64,000 bases of DNA, taken from assembly GCA_947246685.1 (NCBI GenBank), contig CAMXSN010000004.1, forward strand, positions 11,117 through 75,116, read 5' to 3'. Source of the stretch: an uncultured Clostridia bacterium (lineage in GTDB: Bacteria > Bacillota > Clostridia > Christensenellales > UBA3700). Positions within the stretch are counted from its first letter, which is position 1. Each line of letters begins with the position of its first letter. Both the position numbers and the translations under genes were made by a program. The notes under the pieces were generated by a model. The model was not told the origin of the DNA, ran no database searches, and worked only from the letters and a program-made list of their open reading frames with translations. This document shows, piece by piece, positions 12,644-21,234 of the stretch.

Positions 12644-14473
12644 ATGAAGAAAAAGAAACTCATTGTCTGTCTTCTTTCTTTGGTAATGGTTCTGTCTCTT
12701 TGTCTTTCACTCTTCGCAGGATGTGACAAAAATAAAGATAATGGTCAGACAAAAGAACCGACTGTTGCCGAAGTATTGCAGACAGCACTTGAGAATACTG
12801 CCAAGGGCAAGTATCTCAACAACATGGAAATAAGCGCAAACCTCTCCGTAGAGACTACTTACGGAACCAGCACGAACAAGTACAACGTAAATTTCGTAGC
12901 TGATTTGGATTTCGATACTTCCAAAACAACGAAAAATAACGCTTTCTCTTTGGAAATTACCGACGCTACCGACAATTCCAAGCTGGTCACCGCGTACTAC
13001 TACGAAGAATCCACAGACGTATATTTGAGCTTTAAGTCCGGAGATTCTATGAAGAAATTCAAAATCAAAGGCGTTAATATCAAAGACGTTCTTGTTAAAA
13101 ACCATGCTACGATAGGCGACGAAGCTGCGGAAAGCATCAACGACGACGTTATCTCCAGCGTAAGCGGTGTATTCGATATTTTCCCCATCATCGGTCAGTT
13201 CGGAGATTTCTCCATGTCCAAAGATAAGAAAGTAGTAACTTTGTCTCTTGACCTTGGCGAATTGCTCAGCCAGCCGCCGAGTGAAGATGAAGATAACCCC
13301 TCTTTCATTGACATTCTCGCAGGTTTGGGTGGAGATGAAGGTCAAGGCGGTATAAACGAGACTCTTACAGCTATCGGTCTCGATATGCAGCTTACAGATC
13401 TTGCTACAATTCTTCCCGCTTTGAAAGTAGCTGTCAACGTTAACCTCGAAGGAACGGGCGACAATGTTAAGATCACCGGCTTCGGAGTCGACCTCGACTG
13501 CAAAAAGCACGAAATCAAAGTCATGAAGACCGCAGAAGGCGATGAAGAACAAGAAGCATTGCTCGACATCGTTATCGCTAAAGATTTCAGCGCAAAACTT
13601 GGTTTGGATCTTGCTTTCAAGAGTGTTGAAACCGACCTTAAATACCCCGATAACTATGATGACTATATTGAAATCGGCGCTTTGAATTTGACCGCAGGCG
13701 GTTCCTTCACTATTGACAAGGATATCGTACAATCTATCGGCGGCGTGCTAAACATCAACATTCCTGCAGGCGCTTACGATCTTGAACTTGCTTTGAATGC
13801 AGATCCGTCTTGGGCTGTAAATTACGATTTCACTGCAAACCAAAACAACATCATGAAGATTGTTACCGACGTACTGAATAATGCCGTTAACTATCTCAAA
13901 CTTGACATCAAGTATCAAGAGGCCGGCAAAGGATCTCTCATAATGGTTGAGATTTGGAAAGAAGGTTCTCAGATCAAGGCTTCCGCTAAACTCGGCGCTT
14001 TGACGGGTAACGACACCACGATTACCGGTTTGCCGCTCAAAAACCTTCTCGATATAGTACAAGGCATCATCGACGGTTTGACACCTGCTCCGAAGCCCGA
14101 AGAATCCGGCGACGTATCTGGTGACGCTTCCGGCGACGTATCTGGTGACGCTTCCGGCGACGTATCTGGCGATGTATCCGGTGACGCTTCCGGCGATGCT
14201 TCCGGTGACAAAATCAACTTTGCAGAAATCGCTAAGTATGTTAAAGCTTTGCAGCTCGTTGCTAAGGACGGTCAAATCTCCGCTTCTTTCAAAGAGACTG
14301 CAGTAGGTAAACTCGACGGTAAGGACATTGTTTTAGGCGGTAAAGTAACCGTTAACAGCACCGGCGTAACGATTGACGCAACGTTGGCAGGACTTCTCTC
14401 CGAGAAGTTGACCGTACAGATCAAGTTGTCTTCTTTCACTTTTGGCGACGCTCCAACAAAGCCTGCTAAATAA
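12644..14473 (+). CDS. Large secreted lipoprotein of unknown function with (SGD[VA])n repeat
   Basis: 609 aa. Signal peptide plus lipobox LFAGC, RBS AAGGAGG upstream, and an internal low-complexity tandem repeat. Confidence 0.8.
   Translation: MKKKKLIVCLLSLVMVLSLCLSLFAGCDKNKDNGQTKEPTVAEVLQTALENTAKGKYLNNMEISANLSVETTYGTSTNKYNVNFVADLDFDTSKTTKNNAFSLEITDATDNSKLVTAYYYEESTDVYLSFKSGDSMKKFKIKGVNIKDVLVKNHATIGDEAAESINDDVISSVSGVFDIFPIIGQFGDFSMSKDKKVVTLSLDLGELLSQPPSEDEDNPSFIDILAGLGGDEGQGGINETLTAIGLDMQLTDLATILPALKVAVNVNLEGTGDNVKITGFGVDLDCKKHEIKVMKTAEGDEEQEALLDIVIAKDFSAKLGLDLAFKSVETDLKYPDNYDDYIEIGALNLTAGGSFTIDKDIVQSIGGVLNINIPAGAYDLELALNADPSWAVNYDFTANQNNIMKIVTDVLNNAVNYLKLDIKYQEAGKGSLIMVEIWKEGSQIKASAKLGALTGNDTTITGLPLKNLLDIVQGIIDGLTPAPKPEESGDVSGDASGDVSGDASGDVSGDVSGDASGDASGDKINFAEIAKYVKALQLVAKDGQISASFKETAVGKLDGKDIVLGGKVTVNSTGVTIDATLAGLLSEKLTVQIKLSSFTFGDAPTKPAK
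14105..14209 (+). repeat. 12-bp tandem repeat (about 9 units) encoding SGDV/SGDA
   Basis: Alternating units TCCGGCGACGTA / TCTGGTGACGCT read directly in the sequence, in frame within the lipoprotein gene. Confidence 0.9.
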
Positions 14474-14506
14474 GAAGTTGACTTAGGTCGATAACGAAAA
14501 CATTGA

Positions 14507-14536
14507 GCAGACCGCTAATGCGGTCTGCTTTTTTAT
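14507..14536 (+). terminator. Rho-independent terminator
   Basis: GCAGACCG-loop-CGGTCTGC followed by TTTTTTAT, 34 nt after the lipoprotein stop. Confidence 0.8.
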
Positions 14537-14582
14537 TTGATAATACGCTTCTACTGCGCTTTGATAAGAAGTAAAACGGATG

Positions 14583-15033
14583 GGATTCTTCGACTCACTC
14601 AAAATAACGGAAAGTACTGTGATAAGTCATTTCGACCGCAGTGGAGAAATCTAATCAGTATAAACTACTGTTGAGATATTTCGACTACGTTACACTCCGC
14701 TCAATATGACATAAAAATATTTGGCAATTCTACTAAGATTGTCATTACTATCGCAAGTTTGTCTATTCACTATTATTTTGTCATTCTGAGCGTAGTCGTA
14801 AGGAGCGAAGCGACGGTATAGCGATTGCTACGTTATGCTATTAACGTCAATCGCGTCAGCATCTCATCCGTTTGTTTTATATTGTTGAGACCCGTTCGAC
14901 TTCACTGCGTTTCGCTCAGGGTGACATTGAAATACTTTTTAGTTGAATAAGATCAGTTATTCTTATCTAAGATACTTAACTAATAAGTCCTGTCATATTG
15001 AGCGGAGCGATAGCGCAGTCGAAATATCTAATC
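14583..15033. repeat. Cluster of about six copies of a ~40-nt REP/MITE-like repeat in alternating orientation
   Basis: Family core GTCAYNCTGAGCG...GTCGAA(ATATCT). Copies lie near 14583-14608 (rev), 14627-14657 (fwd, partial), 14673-14712 (rev), 14780-14816 (fwd), 14887-14927 (rev) and 14991-15033 (fwd). No ORF is present. Confidence 0.7.
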
Positions 15034-15076
15034 AATCACAGTGTTAAATACTGTCAAATTATTTTCGTTAAAACGT

Positions 15077-15105
15077 TTGACAATATTCAAAGAAAAGTAT
15101 ATCAT
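15077..15105 (+). promoter_or_regulatory. Sigma-70-type promoter TTGACA-17 bp-TATCAT
   Basis: Hexamers at 15077-15082 and 15100-15105, immediately upstream of the TPP riboswitch-like leader. Confidence 0.5.
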
Positions 15106-15124
15106 TCAAATATACAACATAATA

Positions 15125-15225
15125 TTCGCCGTGGGTGCTGTAAAAAGCTGAGATTATACCACTTGAATCGGACAAGGTAATGCTTGAACGAAAGAGCGCA
15201 AAATTTCTTTGCACCCCGTATAATC
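15125..15225 (+). promoter_or_regulatory. TPP (THI-box) riboswitch
   Basis: GGGTGC...GCTGAGA...ACC...GAATCGGACAAGGTAATGCTTGAACGAAAG resembles the THI element (CUGAGA and the CAAG-GUAAUG-CUUG P5 analogue). A weak hairpin plus T-run follows. A ThiT gene lies downstream. Confidence 0.6.
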
Positions 15226-15287
15226 AGTACTGGGGGCATTTTTATTTTCATTTGTCGGCGGAAATATATTTTTATAAGGAGTCAAAT

Positions 15288-16283
15288 ATGAACAACATCG
15301 CCCTTTTGACAGCTGTCAAGACCGCCGACGGGGACGTTTTGCCGCCATTGCTTTTTTGGCCGCTGCTTGTCCTCTTCTGCACACTTTTTTTATTTATGCT
15401 TCTCTGTTACCTCAAAAAGCGCGCTCCCAAAGCAATGCAGATATCGATCTATATATCAATAGCGCTCTGCGTCGTCAGCGCAATCGTTTGTATAGCGTTG
15501 ATTGGCAAACACTTTGCCAACACTTACAAAAACGACGGATACATATCTCTATATCTCAAAAACGCTCCGCTCTATATTGGAGCCACCGTAATTTTCGCGC
15601 TCATAATATTATCGGTATTTTTGCTAGGCAAAAATGATAATTTCAAATTCGATTCGCGATCGGTAGCATTCGCCGCCGTATGTGTGGCAATGAGCTTTGC
15701 GCTATCTTACGTCAAAGTATTCAGACTGCAGCAAGGAGGCAGCGTCACTCTCGCGTCCTTGCTGCCGCTTTTGATATTCTCATACATTTTCGGAGTAAAA
15801 AAAGGCTTTTTGGTGGGAATCATTTACGGAGTATTACAAGCCATACAAGATCCGTGGATAATCCACCCAGCTCAATTTTTGCTGGACTATCCTATAGCTT
15901 TCTCCGCCGTAGGTATGGGGGGCGTATTTGCAAACATCAAGGCTTTGAAAAAATGTCCTCAAATATCTTTACTGCTAGGAGGCATTTTCGCAAGCGTAAT
16001 ACGCTATTGCGCGCATTTCTTCTCGGGCGCGTTTGCATTCGGCGCATACGCAGTAGACAAAGGCTACACGAATTTTTATACTTACAGTCTTGCATATAAT
16101 TCTTTTGTATTCATAGATATTCTTATCGCGCTAGCCGTAGGGGTAATTCTGTTTTCTTCTAAGGCTTTCGTCAACGAAGTAGTATATAAACAGCGCGCAA
16201 AAATAACTAACGCGCGCCTTGCCTCCACTCCCGTCGAACAAGCAACAGCAAAAAGCGCAGACGAAAACGATATCAACGTCTAA
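15288..16283 (+). CDS. thiT: ECF-transporter thiamine-specific S component (ThiT/YuaJ family) with extra N-terminal membrane domain
   Basis: Start at ATG 15288 behind AAGGAG. The C-terminal half (GGSVTLASLLPLLIFSY...PAQFLLDYPIAFSAVGMGG) matches my recollection of ThiT. The N-terminal ~140 aa add further TM helices. Confidence 0.7.
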   Translation: MNNIALLTAVKTADGDVLPPLLFWPLLVLFCTLFLFMLLCYLKKRAPKAMQISIYISIALCVVSAIVCIALIGKHFANTYKNDGYISLYLKNAPLYIGATVIFALIILSVFLLGKNDNFKFDSRSVAFAAVCVAMSFALSYVKVFRLQQGGSVTLASLLPLLIFSYIFGVKKGFLVGIIYGVLQAIQDPWIIHPAQFLLDYPIAFSAVGMGGVFANIKALKKCPQISLLLGGIFASVIRYCAHFFSGAFAFGAYAVDKGYTNFYTYSLAYNSFVFIDILIALAVGVILFSSKAFVNEVVYKQRAKITNARLASTPVEQATAKSADENDINV

Positions 16284-16347
16284 TCCAAGACCAAACAATA
16301 AAAACAGCGTCGATAAACGCCGCTGTTTTTATTGTTGCCCCGACTTA

Positions 16348-18264
16348 TTATTCGAGTTCGAACGCGCCGGTATAAAGCTGATAATATTGTCCCCTTTGCG
16401 CAATAAGCTCTTCATGATTGCCTTTCTCTATTATTCTGCCGTGATCCAACACAATGATAACGTCGGAATTTCTGACGGTAGAAAGTCTGTGAGCAATTAC
16501 AAAGACCGTTCTGCCTTCCATAAGTCTGTCCATACCCTGCTGTACGAGAGATTCCGTACGAGTATCTATAGACGACGTGGCTTCGTCAAGTATCATTACG
16601 GGCGCGTCCGCAACGGCGGCTCTTGCAATTGACAAGAGCTGTTTTTGCCCTTGCGACAGATTTGCGCCGTCTCCCGAAAGCACCGTATTGTATCCGTTTG
16701 GCAATCGCGTAATAAAGTCGTGCGCATTTGCAAGTTTTGCCGCGTCGATACATTCTTCGTCGCTTGCGTCAAGCCTTCCGTAACGAATATTGTCCATTAT
16801 CGTGCCCGTAAACAGATTGGTGTCTTGCAATACTATACCGAGCGAACGGCGAAGGTCGCCTTTTTTGATCTTGTTGACGTTGATGCCGTCGTAGCGTATC
16901 TTGCCGTCGGCAATGTCATAAAAACGGTTGATTAGATTGGTTATGGTAGTTTTACCCGCGCCGGTCGCGCCGACAAACGCAACTTTCTGTCCCGGATGAG
17001 CGTGGATCGTCACGTCGTGCAATACGAGTTTGTCTTCGTCGTAACCGAAATCCACTTCGTTAAGTTCGATATCGCCGCTGAGCGGTTGGTACGTCAAAGT
17101 GCCTTCCGCCTTATGGGGATGTCTCCAAGCCCATTTACCGGTGCGTTCTTTGCATTCGACGTATTCGCCGTTTTCTTCCCGCGCATTTACGAGCGTAACG
17201 TATCCTTCGTCAGTCTCCGACTCTTGATCAAGCAAGCGGAAAATCCTGTCCGCGCCCGCAGTAGCCATAACAACGGAGTTGAGCTGCATAGATACCTGCG
17301 ATATATTGAAAGTAAACTGCCTGCTCATATTCAAAAATCCGACGATTGCGCCCATTTCTATACCGCCGACGGCGAGTCCCGTCAGCGTGAGATTGCGCGC
17401 TTTGGCAAGCACCAACGCGCCGCCGACGATTGCGACAACGACGTAGAGCACATGCCCTATATTGCCTAGCGTGGGCATAAGGATGTTGGCGTATTTATTA
17501 GCCTTCTCGCTGTCCTTGAAAAGCGCGTCGTTAATGTTGTCAAAATCTTCTTTAGACTGCTGTTCGTGACAGAATACCTTGACGACTTTCTGTCCCTGCA
17601 TCATCTCTTCGATAAAGCCTTCCGTCCTGCCCAAAGCTATCTGCTGTCGCATAAAATACTTCGCGCTCTTACCGCCTATAAGTCTTATCGTCACAACCAT
17701 AACCGCAACTCCGGCAAGAACGACCAACGTCAGCCATATGCTTGACACAAGCATTGCCACAAGAAGAGTCAATATCGCAACAAACGAAGCATACGCCTGC
17801 GGAATACTCTGCGATATAAGCTGTCTTATTGCGTCGGTATCGTTGGTGTAAATACTCATTATATCGCCGTGCGTATTGGTGTCGAAATACTTTATTGGCA
17901 ACGATTGCATTTTTTTGAACATATCATTGCGGATGTGGTATAAGAATCCCTGCGTAACGTGCGCCATAATTCTGTTGTATACAAACGAGGCGATAAGTCC
18001 CGCAACGTATATGCCGGACATAATACCTATGATTGTAAACAGTTTATCCTTGACCGTGTCCCAACCGTTGGCAACGCCGGGAGTAATTATGTCGTCGACG
18101 ATCCTCTCTATAAATATCGACGAGCTGATAGCCGCCATAGAGTTCAAAGTAATACATAGAATAACTACGATAAGTTGGATCTTGTAATATTTGAACATAT
18201 ATCCCACGAGACGGGAAAGCAATGCCAAAGTGCCGCCTCTCTTATTTGTTTTCTGAGATTTCAT
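16348..18264 (-). CDS. ABC exporter, fused permease/ATPase (heterodimer partner)
   Basis: 638 aa. N-terminal 6-TM domain, then Walker A GATGAGKTT, signature LSQGQKQLLSIARA, Walker B ILDEATSSID. Confidence 0.9.
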   Translation of the reverse strand: MKSQKTNKRGGTLALLSRLVGYMFKYYKIQLIVVILCITLNSMAAISSSIFIERIVDDIITPGVANGWDTVKDKLFTIIGIMSGIYVAGLIASFVYNRIMAHVTQGFLYHIRNDMFKKMQSLPIKYFDTNTHGDIMSIYTNDTDAIRQLISQSIPQAYASFVAILTLLVAMLVSSIWLTLVVLAGVAVMVVTIRLIGGKSAKYFMRQQIALGRTEGFIEEMMQGQKVVKVFCHEQQSKEDFDNINDALFKDSEKANKYANILMPTLGNIGHVLYVVVAIVGGALVLAKARNLTLTGLAVGGIEMGAIVGFLNMSRQFTFNISQVSMQLNSVVMATAGADRIFRLLDQESETDEGYVTLVNAREENGEYVECKERTGKWAWRHPHKAEGTLTYQPLSGDIELNEVDFGYDEDKLVLHDVTIHAHPGQKVAFVGATGAGKTTITNLINRFYDIADGKIRYDGINVNKIKKGDLRRSLGIVLQDTNLFTGTIMDNIRYGRLDASDEECIDAAKLANAHDFITRLPNGYNTVLSGDGANLSQGQKQLLSIARAAVADAPVMILDEATSSIDTRTESLVQQGMDRLMEGRTVFVIAHRLSTVRNSDVIIVLDHGRIIEKGNHEELIAQRGQYYQLYTGAFELE

Positions 18265-20020
18265 CGTCTACCACCTCCTTGTCGTTGTTTTTATTCTGCG
18301 AATAATATACTTCCTTATATATCGGATTACGAGCAAGCAACTCCTCGTGCGTTCCCACGTCGGCTACGCTGCCGCCGTCCATAATTACGATCTTATCGGC
18401 ATCCTGAACAGACGCAACTCTCTGCGCAATGATAAATTTCGTCGTGTCGGGAATTTCTTCTGCAAACGCTCTGCGAATCAACGCGTCTGTCTTGGTGTCC
18501 ACAGCGCTGGTCGAGTCGTCCAATATAAGCACCTTTGGCTTTTTGAGCAAAGCTCTGGCAATGCAAAGTCTCTGCTTCTGTCCGCCTGACACGTTGCTGC
18601 CGCCTTGCTCGATAAACGTATCGTATTTATCGGGGAACGACATAATAAAATCATGCGCCTGCGCAAGTCTGCATACTCGCTCCAATTCTTCGTCGCTGGC
18701 GTCGGGATTTCCCCAACGCAGATTCTGTTTGATCGTGCCCGAGAAGAGCACGTTTTTCTGCAACACAACCGCAACGTTGTCGCGCAAAGTATCGAGGTCG
18801 TAGTCTTTGACGTTGATACCGCCTACGTATACGTGACCGCCGGTCGCGTCATAGAGTCTGGGGATCAAATTGACAAGCGACGTTTTGCTGCTTCCCGTAC
18901 CCCCTAATATCCCCACGGTCTCGCCCGACTTGATATCCAAATTAACGCCTTTGAGCGCGCGTCTGTCGGCTTTGATATCGTATTTGAAATCCACGTCCTC
19001 AAAGCGCACGTCGCCGTTAGCTACCTGATAAACGGGATTGTCCGGATTATGCAGATTGCTCTCTTCGTCAAGCACCTCTACGATACGCTTTGCCGAAGTA
19101 TTGGACATAGATATCATTATCATGACCATATTCAACATCATCAGCGACGATAGTATCTGCGAAGCATATACTATCAACGAAGACATCTCGCTCGACGGCA
19201 CTTCCGCTTTAGCGCCGTCCTTGATACCGAACATAGGCACTATAAAACAAATCATAAGTATGCTGAACCACATGCAGAACTGCATCAAAGGATTGGACAA
19301 CGCGATAATCTTTTCGCCCTTGAGGAAATCATAACGCACGTCGTTGGACGTTTTGCCGAATTTCTTTTCCTCGTATTCGTCTCTGACGTAAGACTTGACG
19401 ACCCTTATTCCTTTAATATTCTCCTGAATAGATTCGTTCATAGCGTCGTATTTTTTGAATACTCTGGTAAATATCGGATCTACGAGTCTGAACATTATAA
19501 ACAAGCCTACGCCGAGCACGGGTATCACCGCAAGAAAGACAAGCGCAATCTTGACGTTGATCACAAACGCCATTATCAGAGAAAATACCAACATTATCGG
19601 CGATCTCACCGCGATTCGCACTATCATCATATATGCCATCTGCACGTTGGACACGTCGGTGGTCATTCTGGTAACAAGGCTCGGCGCGGAAAATTTGTCT
19701 ATATTGGAAAAGGCAAATCCCTGTATGCTGTAATACATATCTTTGCGAAGATTTCTCGCAAATCCTGTGGACGCGGTAGCGGCAAATTTGCCTGCAAGAA
19801 CGCCGAAAAGCAACGAAAACGCCGCGAGCGCCAACAACACTCCGCCATATAGCAAAATCGTCTTGATAGAATTGTCTATCTGTATCTTTTCAAGCATCTC
19901 GACCATGTAGAGCGGAATTATACATTCCAGCGCCACTTCCAGCGTAACGCACACCGGCGACAGAATAGACGCAGCCTTGAACTGCCTTATACTGCCCATT
20001 AATTTCTTTAACATATTCAC
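18242..20020 (-). CDS. ABC exporter, fused permease/ATPase (heterodimer partner)
   Basis: 592 aa. Walker A GGTGSSKTS, signature VSGGQKQRLCIARA, Walker B ILDDSTSAVD. Overlaps the downstream partner by 23 nt. Confidence 0.9.
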   Translation of the reverse strand: MNMLKKLMGSIRQFKAASILSPVCVTLEVALECIIPLYMVEMLEKIQIDNSIKTILLYGGVLLALAAFSLLFGVLAGKFAATASTGFARNLRKDMYYSIQGFAFSNIDKFSAPSLVTRMTTDVSNVQMAYMMIVRIAVRSPIMLVFSLIMAFVINVKIALVFLAVIPVLGVGLFIMFRLVDPIFTRVFKKYDAMNESIQENIKGIRVVKSYVRDEYEEKKFGKTSNDVRYDFLKGEKIIALSNPLMQFCMWFSILMICFIVPMFGIKDGAKAEVPSSEMSSLIVYASQILSSLMMLNMVMIMISMSNTSAKRIVEVLDEESNLHNPDNPVYQVANGDVRFEDVDFKYDIKADRRALKGVNLDIKSGETVGILGGTGSSKTSLVNLIPRLYDATGGHVYVGGINVKDYDLDTLRDNVAVVLQKNVLFSGTIKQNLRWGNPDASDEELERVCRLAQAHDFIMSFPDKYDTFIEQGGSNVSGGQKQRLCIARALLKKPKVLILDDSTSAVDTKTDALIRRAFAEEIPDTTKFIIAQRVASVQDADKIVIMDGGSVADVGTHEELLARNPIYKEVYYSQNKNNDKEVVDDEISENK

Positions 20021-20086
20021 CTCCTGTCAGATTAGACTGCCTTCAACGCGGCAATCTCGATTGATATATAAAATTTGTTATCTAAG

Positions 20087-20518
20087 TTATAATTTTTCCA
20101 TATTGGATTTGACCTTTGTCAGCAATCGCATAAGTTCGTCGATTTCATCTCGGCTCATGCCTTGACAAAGTTTGTCTTCAACGTTTTCGATCTCGCGTTT
20201 AAGATTTTCGTGAATACGCACGGCTTTTTGCGTAAGCACGACTTTCTTCAATCTGCCGTCGCCGCTTACGCTTTCGCGCTCTATCAAACCGTATTTCTCC
20301 ATTTGCGACAACAAATTTGTTACGCTCGAACGCCTTATCGACATCTCTTCTTCGATATCTTTCTGATAGACGTCCCTGTGCGAATTTGCATATAAGAATC
20401 CGATTACGTAGCCGTAGCCGCCTCTGACTTCGTTGTCTAAAAATGCCGGCAGCGAATTTATGTATCTCTTTATACCGTTGCTTATCGCCCTGATTTCAAA
20501 TCCGATGGATTTATCCAT
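20087..20518 (-). CDS. MarR-family transcriptional regulator
   Basis: Start moved to ATG 20518 (MDKSIGFEIR...). Winged-helix segment IRRSSVTNLLSQMEKYGLIERE. First gene of the ABC exporter operon. Confidence 0.8.
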   Translation of the reverse strand: MDKSIGFEIRAISNGIKRYINSLPAFLDNEVRGGYGYVIGFLYANSHRDVYQKDIEEEMSIRRSSVTNLLSQMEKYGLIERESVSGDGRLKKVVLTQKAVRIHENLKREIENVEDKLCQGMSRDEIDELMRLLTKVKSNMEKL

Positions 20519-20533
20519 ATCTTCCCTCAAATA

Positions 20534-20561
20534 AATAATTGTTAGAAGTCTAACAATTATT
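20534..20561. promoter_or_regulatory. Perfect 13-bp inverted repeat, candidate MarR operator
   Basis: AATAATTGTTAGA-AG-TCTAACAATTATT, 16 bp upstream of the MarR start codon. Confidence 0.5.
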
Positions 20562-20720
20562 ATATGGGCTAAAATTTTTAATGTCAACAAAAATGTTAAT
20601 CTCGAATGTAAAGTTTTGCCAAAATCAACTATAACGCGTCATGCCGTTCTTCCTATAAAAATAGATAATTATAATATTAATATCAAATTTACAAATAATA
20701 AGTCCAAAGGAAATTTAGCT

Positions 20721-21230
20721 ATGACAAAAAATCTTAAAATATTCACTGCTTTCGGTACGATTGCAACCGTATGTCTTGGATCGCTAGGTCACTTTGTATA
20801 TAATTGGTCAGGAAAAAATTATATAGCAGGCTTGTTTTTTGCGACCAACGAAAGCGTGTGGGAACACGTTAAATTGGCATTGCTGCCTATGATGTGTATA
20901 TTCCTTTTGGGAGCGTTTGTTCTCAAAGGCGCAAATAACTTTCCTGCCGCGGCGTTTTTTGCAATGGCAACGGTTATTATTTCTATTCCGCTGGCATTTT
21001 ACGGTTATACGGCAATAGCCGGCAAATCAATACTTGCAGTGGACATTGCTATATTCGTAATCTCTATTGCGTTGGGATATTGCTCGGCATTCATCCTATT
21101 TAGAGCAAAACAGCGACGCTGGCTGAATGCCTTATCTCTAATCGGATTGGGCGCCGTAATCGTATGCTTTATGACCTTTACCTACAACGCTCCCGATTGG
21201 TTTTTATTCAGACAGCCTGCGTTTGCTTAA
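20721..21230 (+). CDS. Polytopic membrane protein, unknown function
   Basis: Start at ATG 20721 (MTKNLKIF...). About five hydrophobic helices. No motif recognised. Confidence 0.6.
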   Translation: MTKNLKIFTAFGTIATVCLGSLGHFVYNWSGKNYIAGLFFATNESVWEHVKLALLPMMCIFLLGAFVLKGANNFPAAAFFAMATVIISIPLAFYGYTAIAGKSILAVDIAIFVISIALGYCSAFILFRAKQRRWLNALSLIGLGAVIVCFMTFTYNAPDWFLFRQPAFA

Positions 21231-21234
21231 TATC

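Noticed and set aside
12707-13732. 341-aa minus-strand ORF inside the lipoprotein gene.
   Set aside because: It is an antisense shadow. The plus-strand ORF has an RBS, a signal peptide and a lipobox, while the minus ORF has none of these and an odd composition.
14105-14209. Regularly spaced short repeats that could suggest a CRISPR array.
   Set aside because: The period is only 12 bp, with no unique spacers. The repeats are in frame inside a CDS and encode SGD(V/A). No cas genes are in the window.
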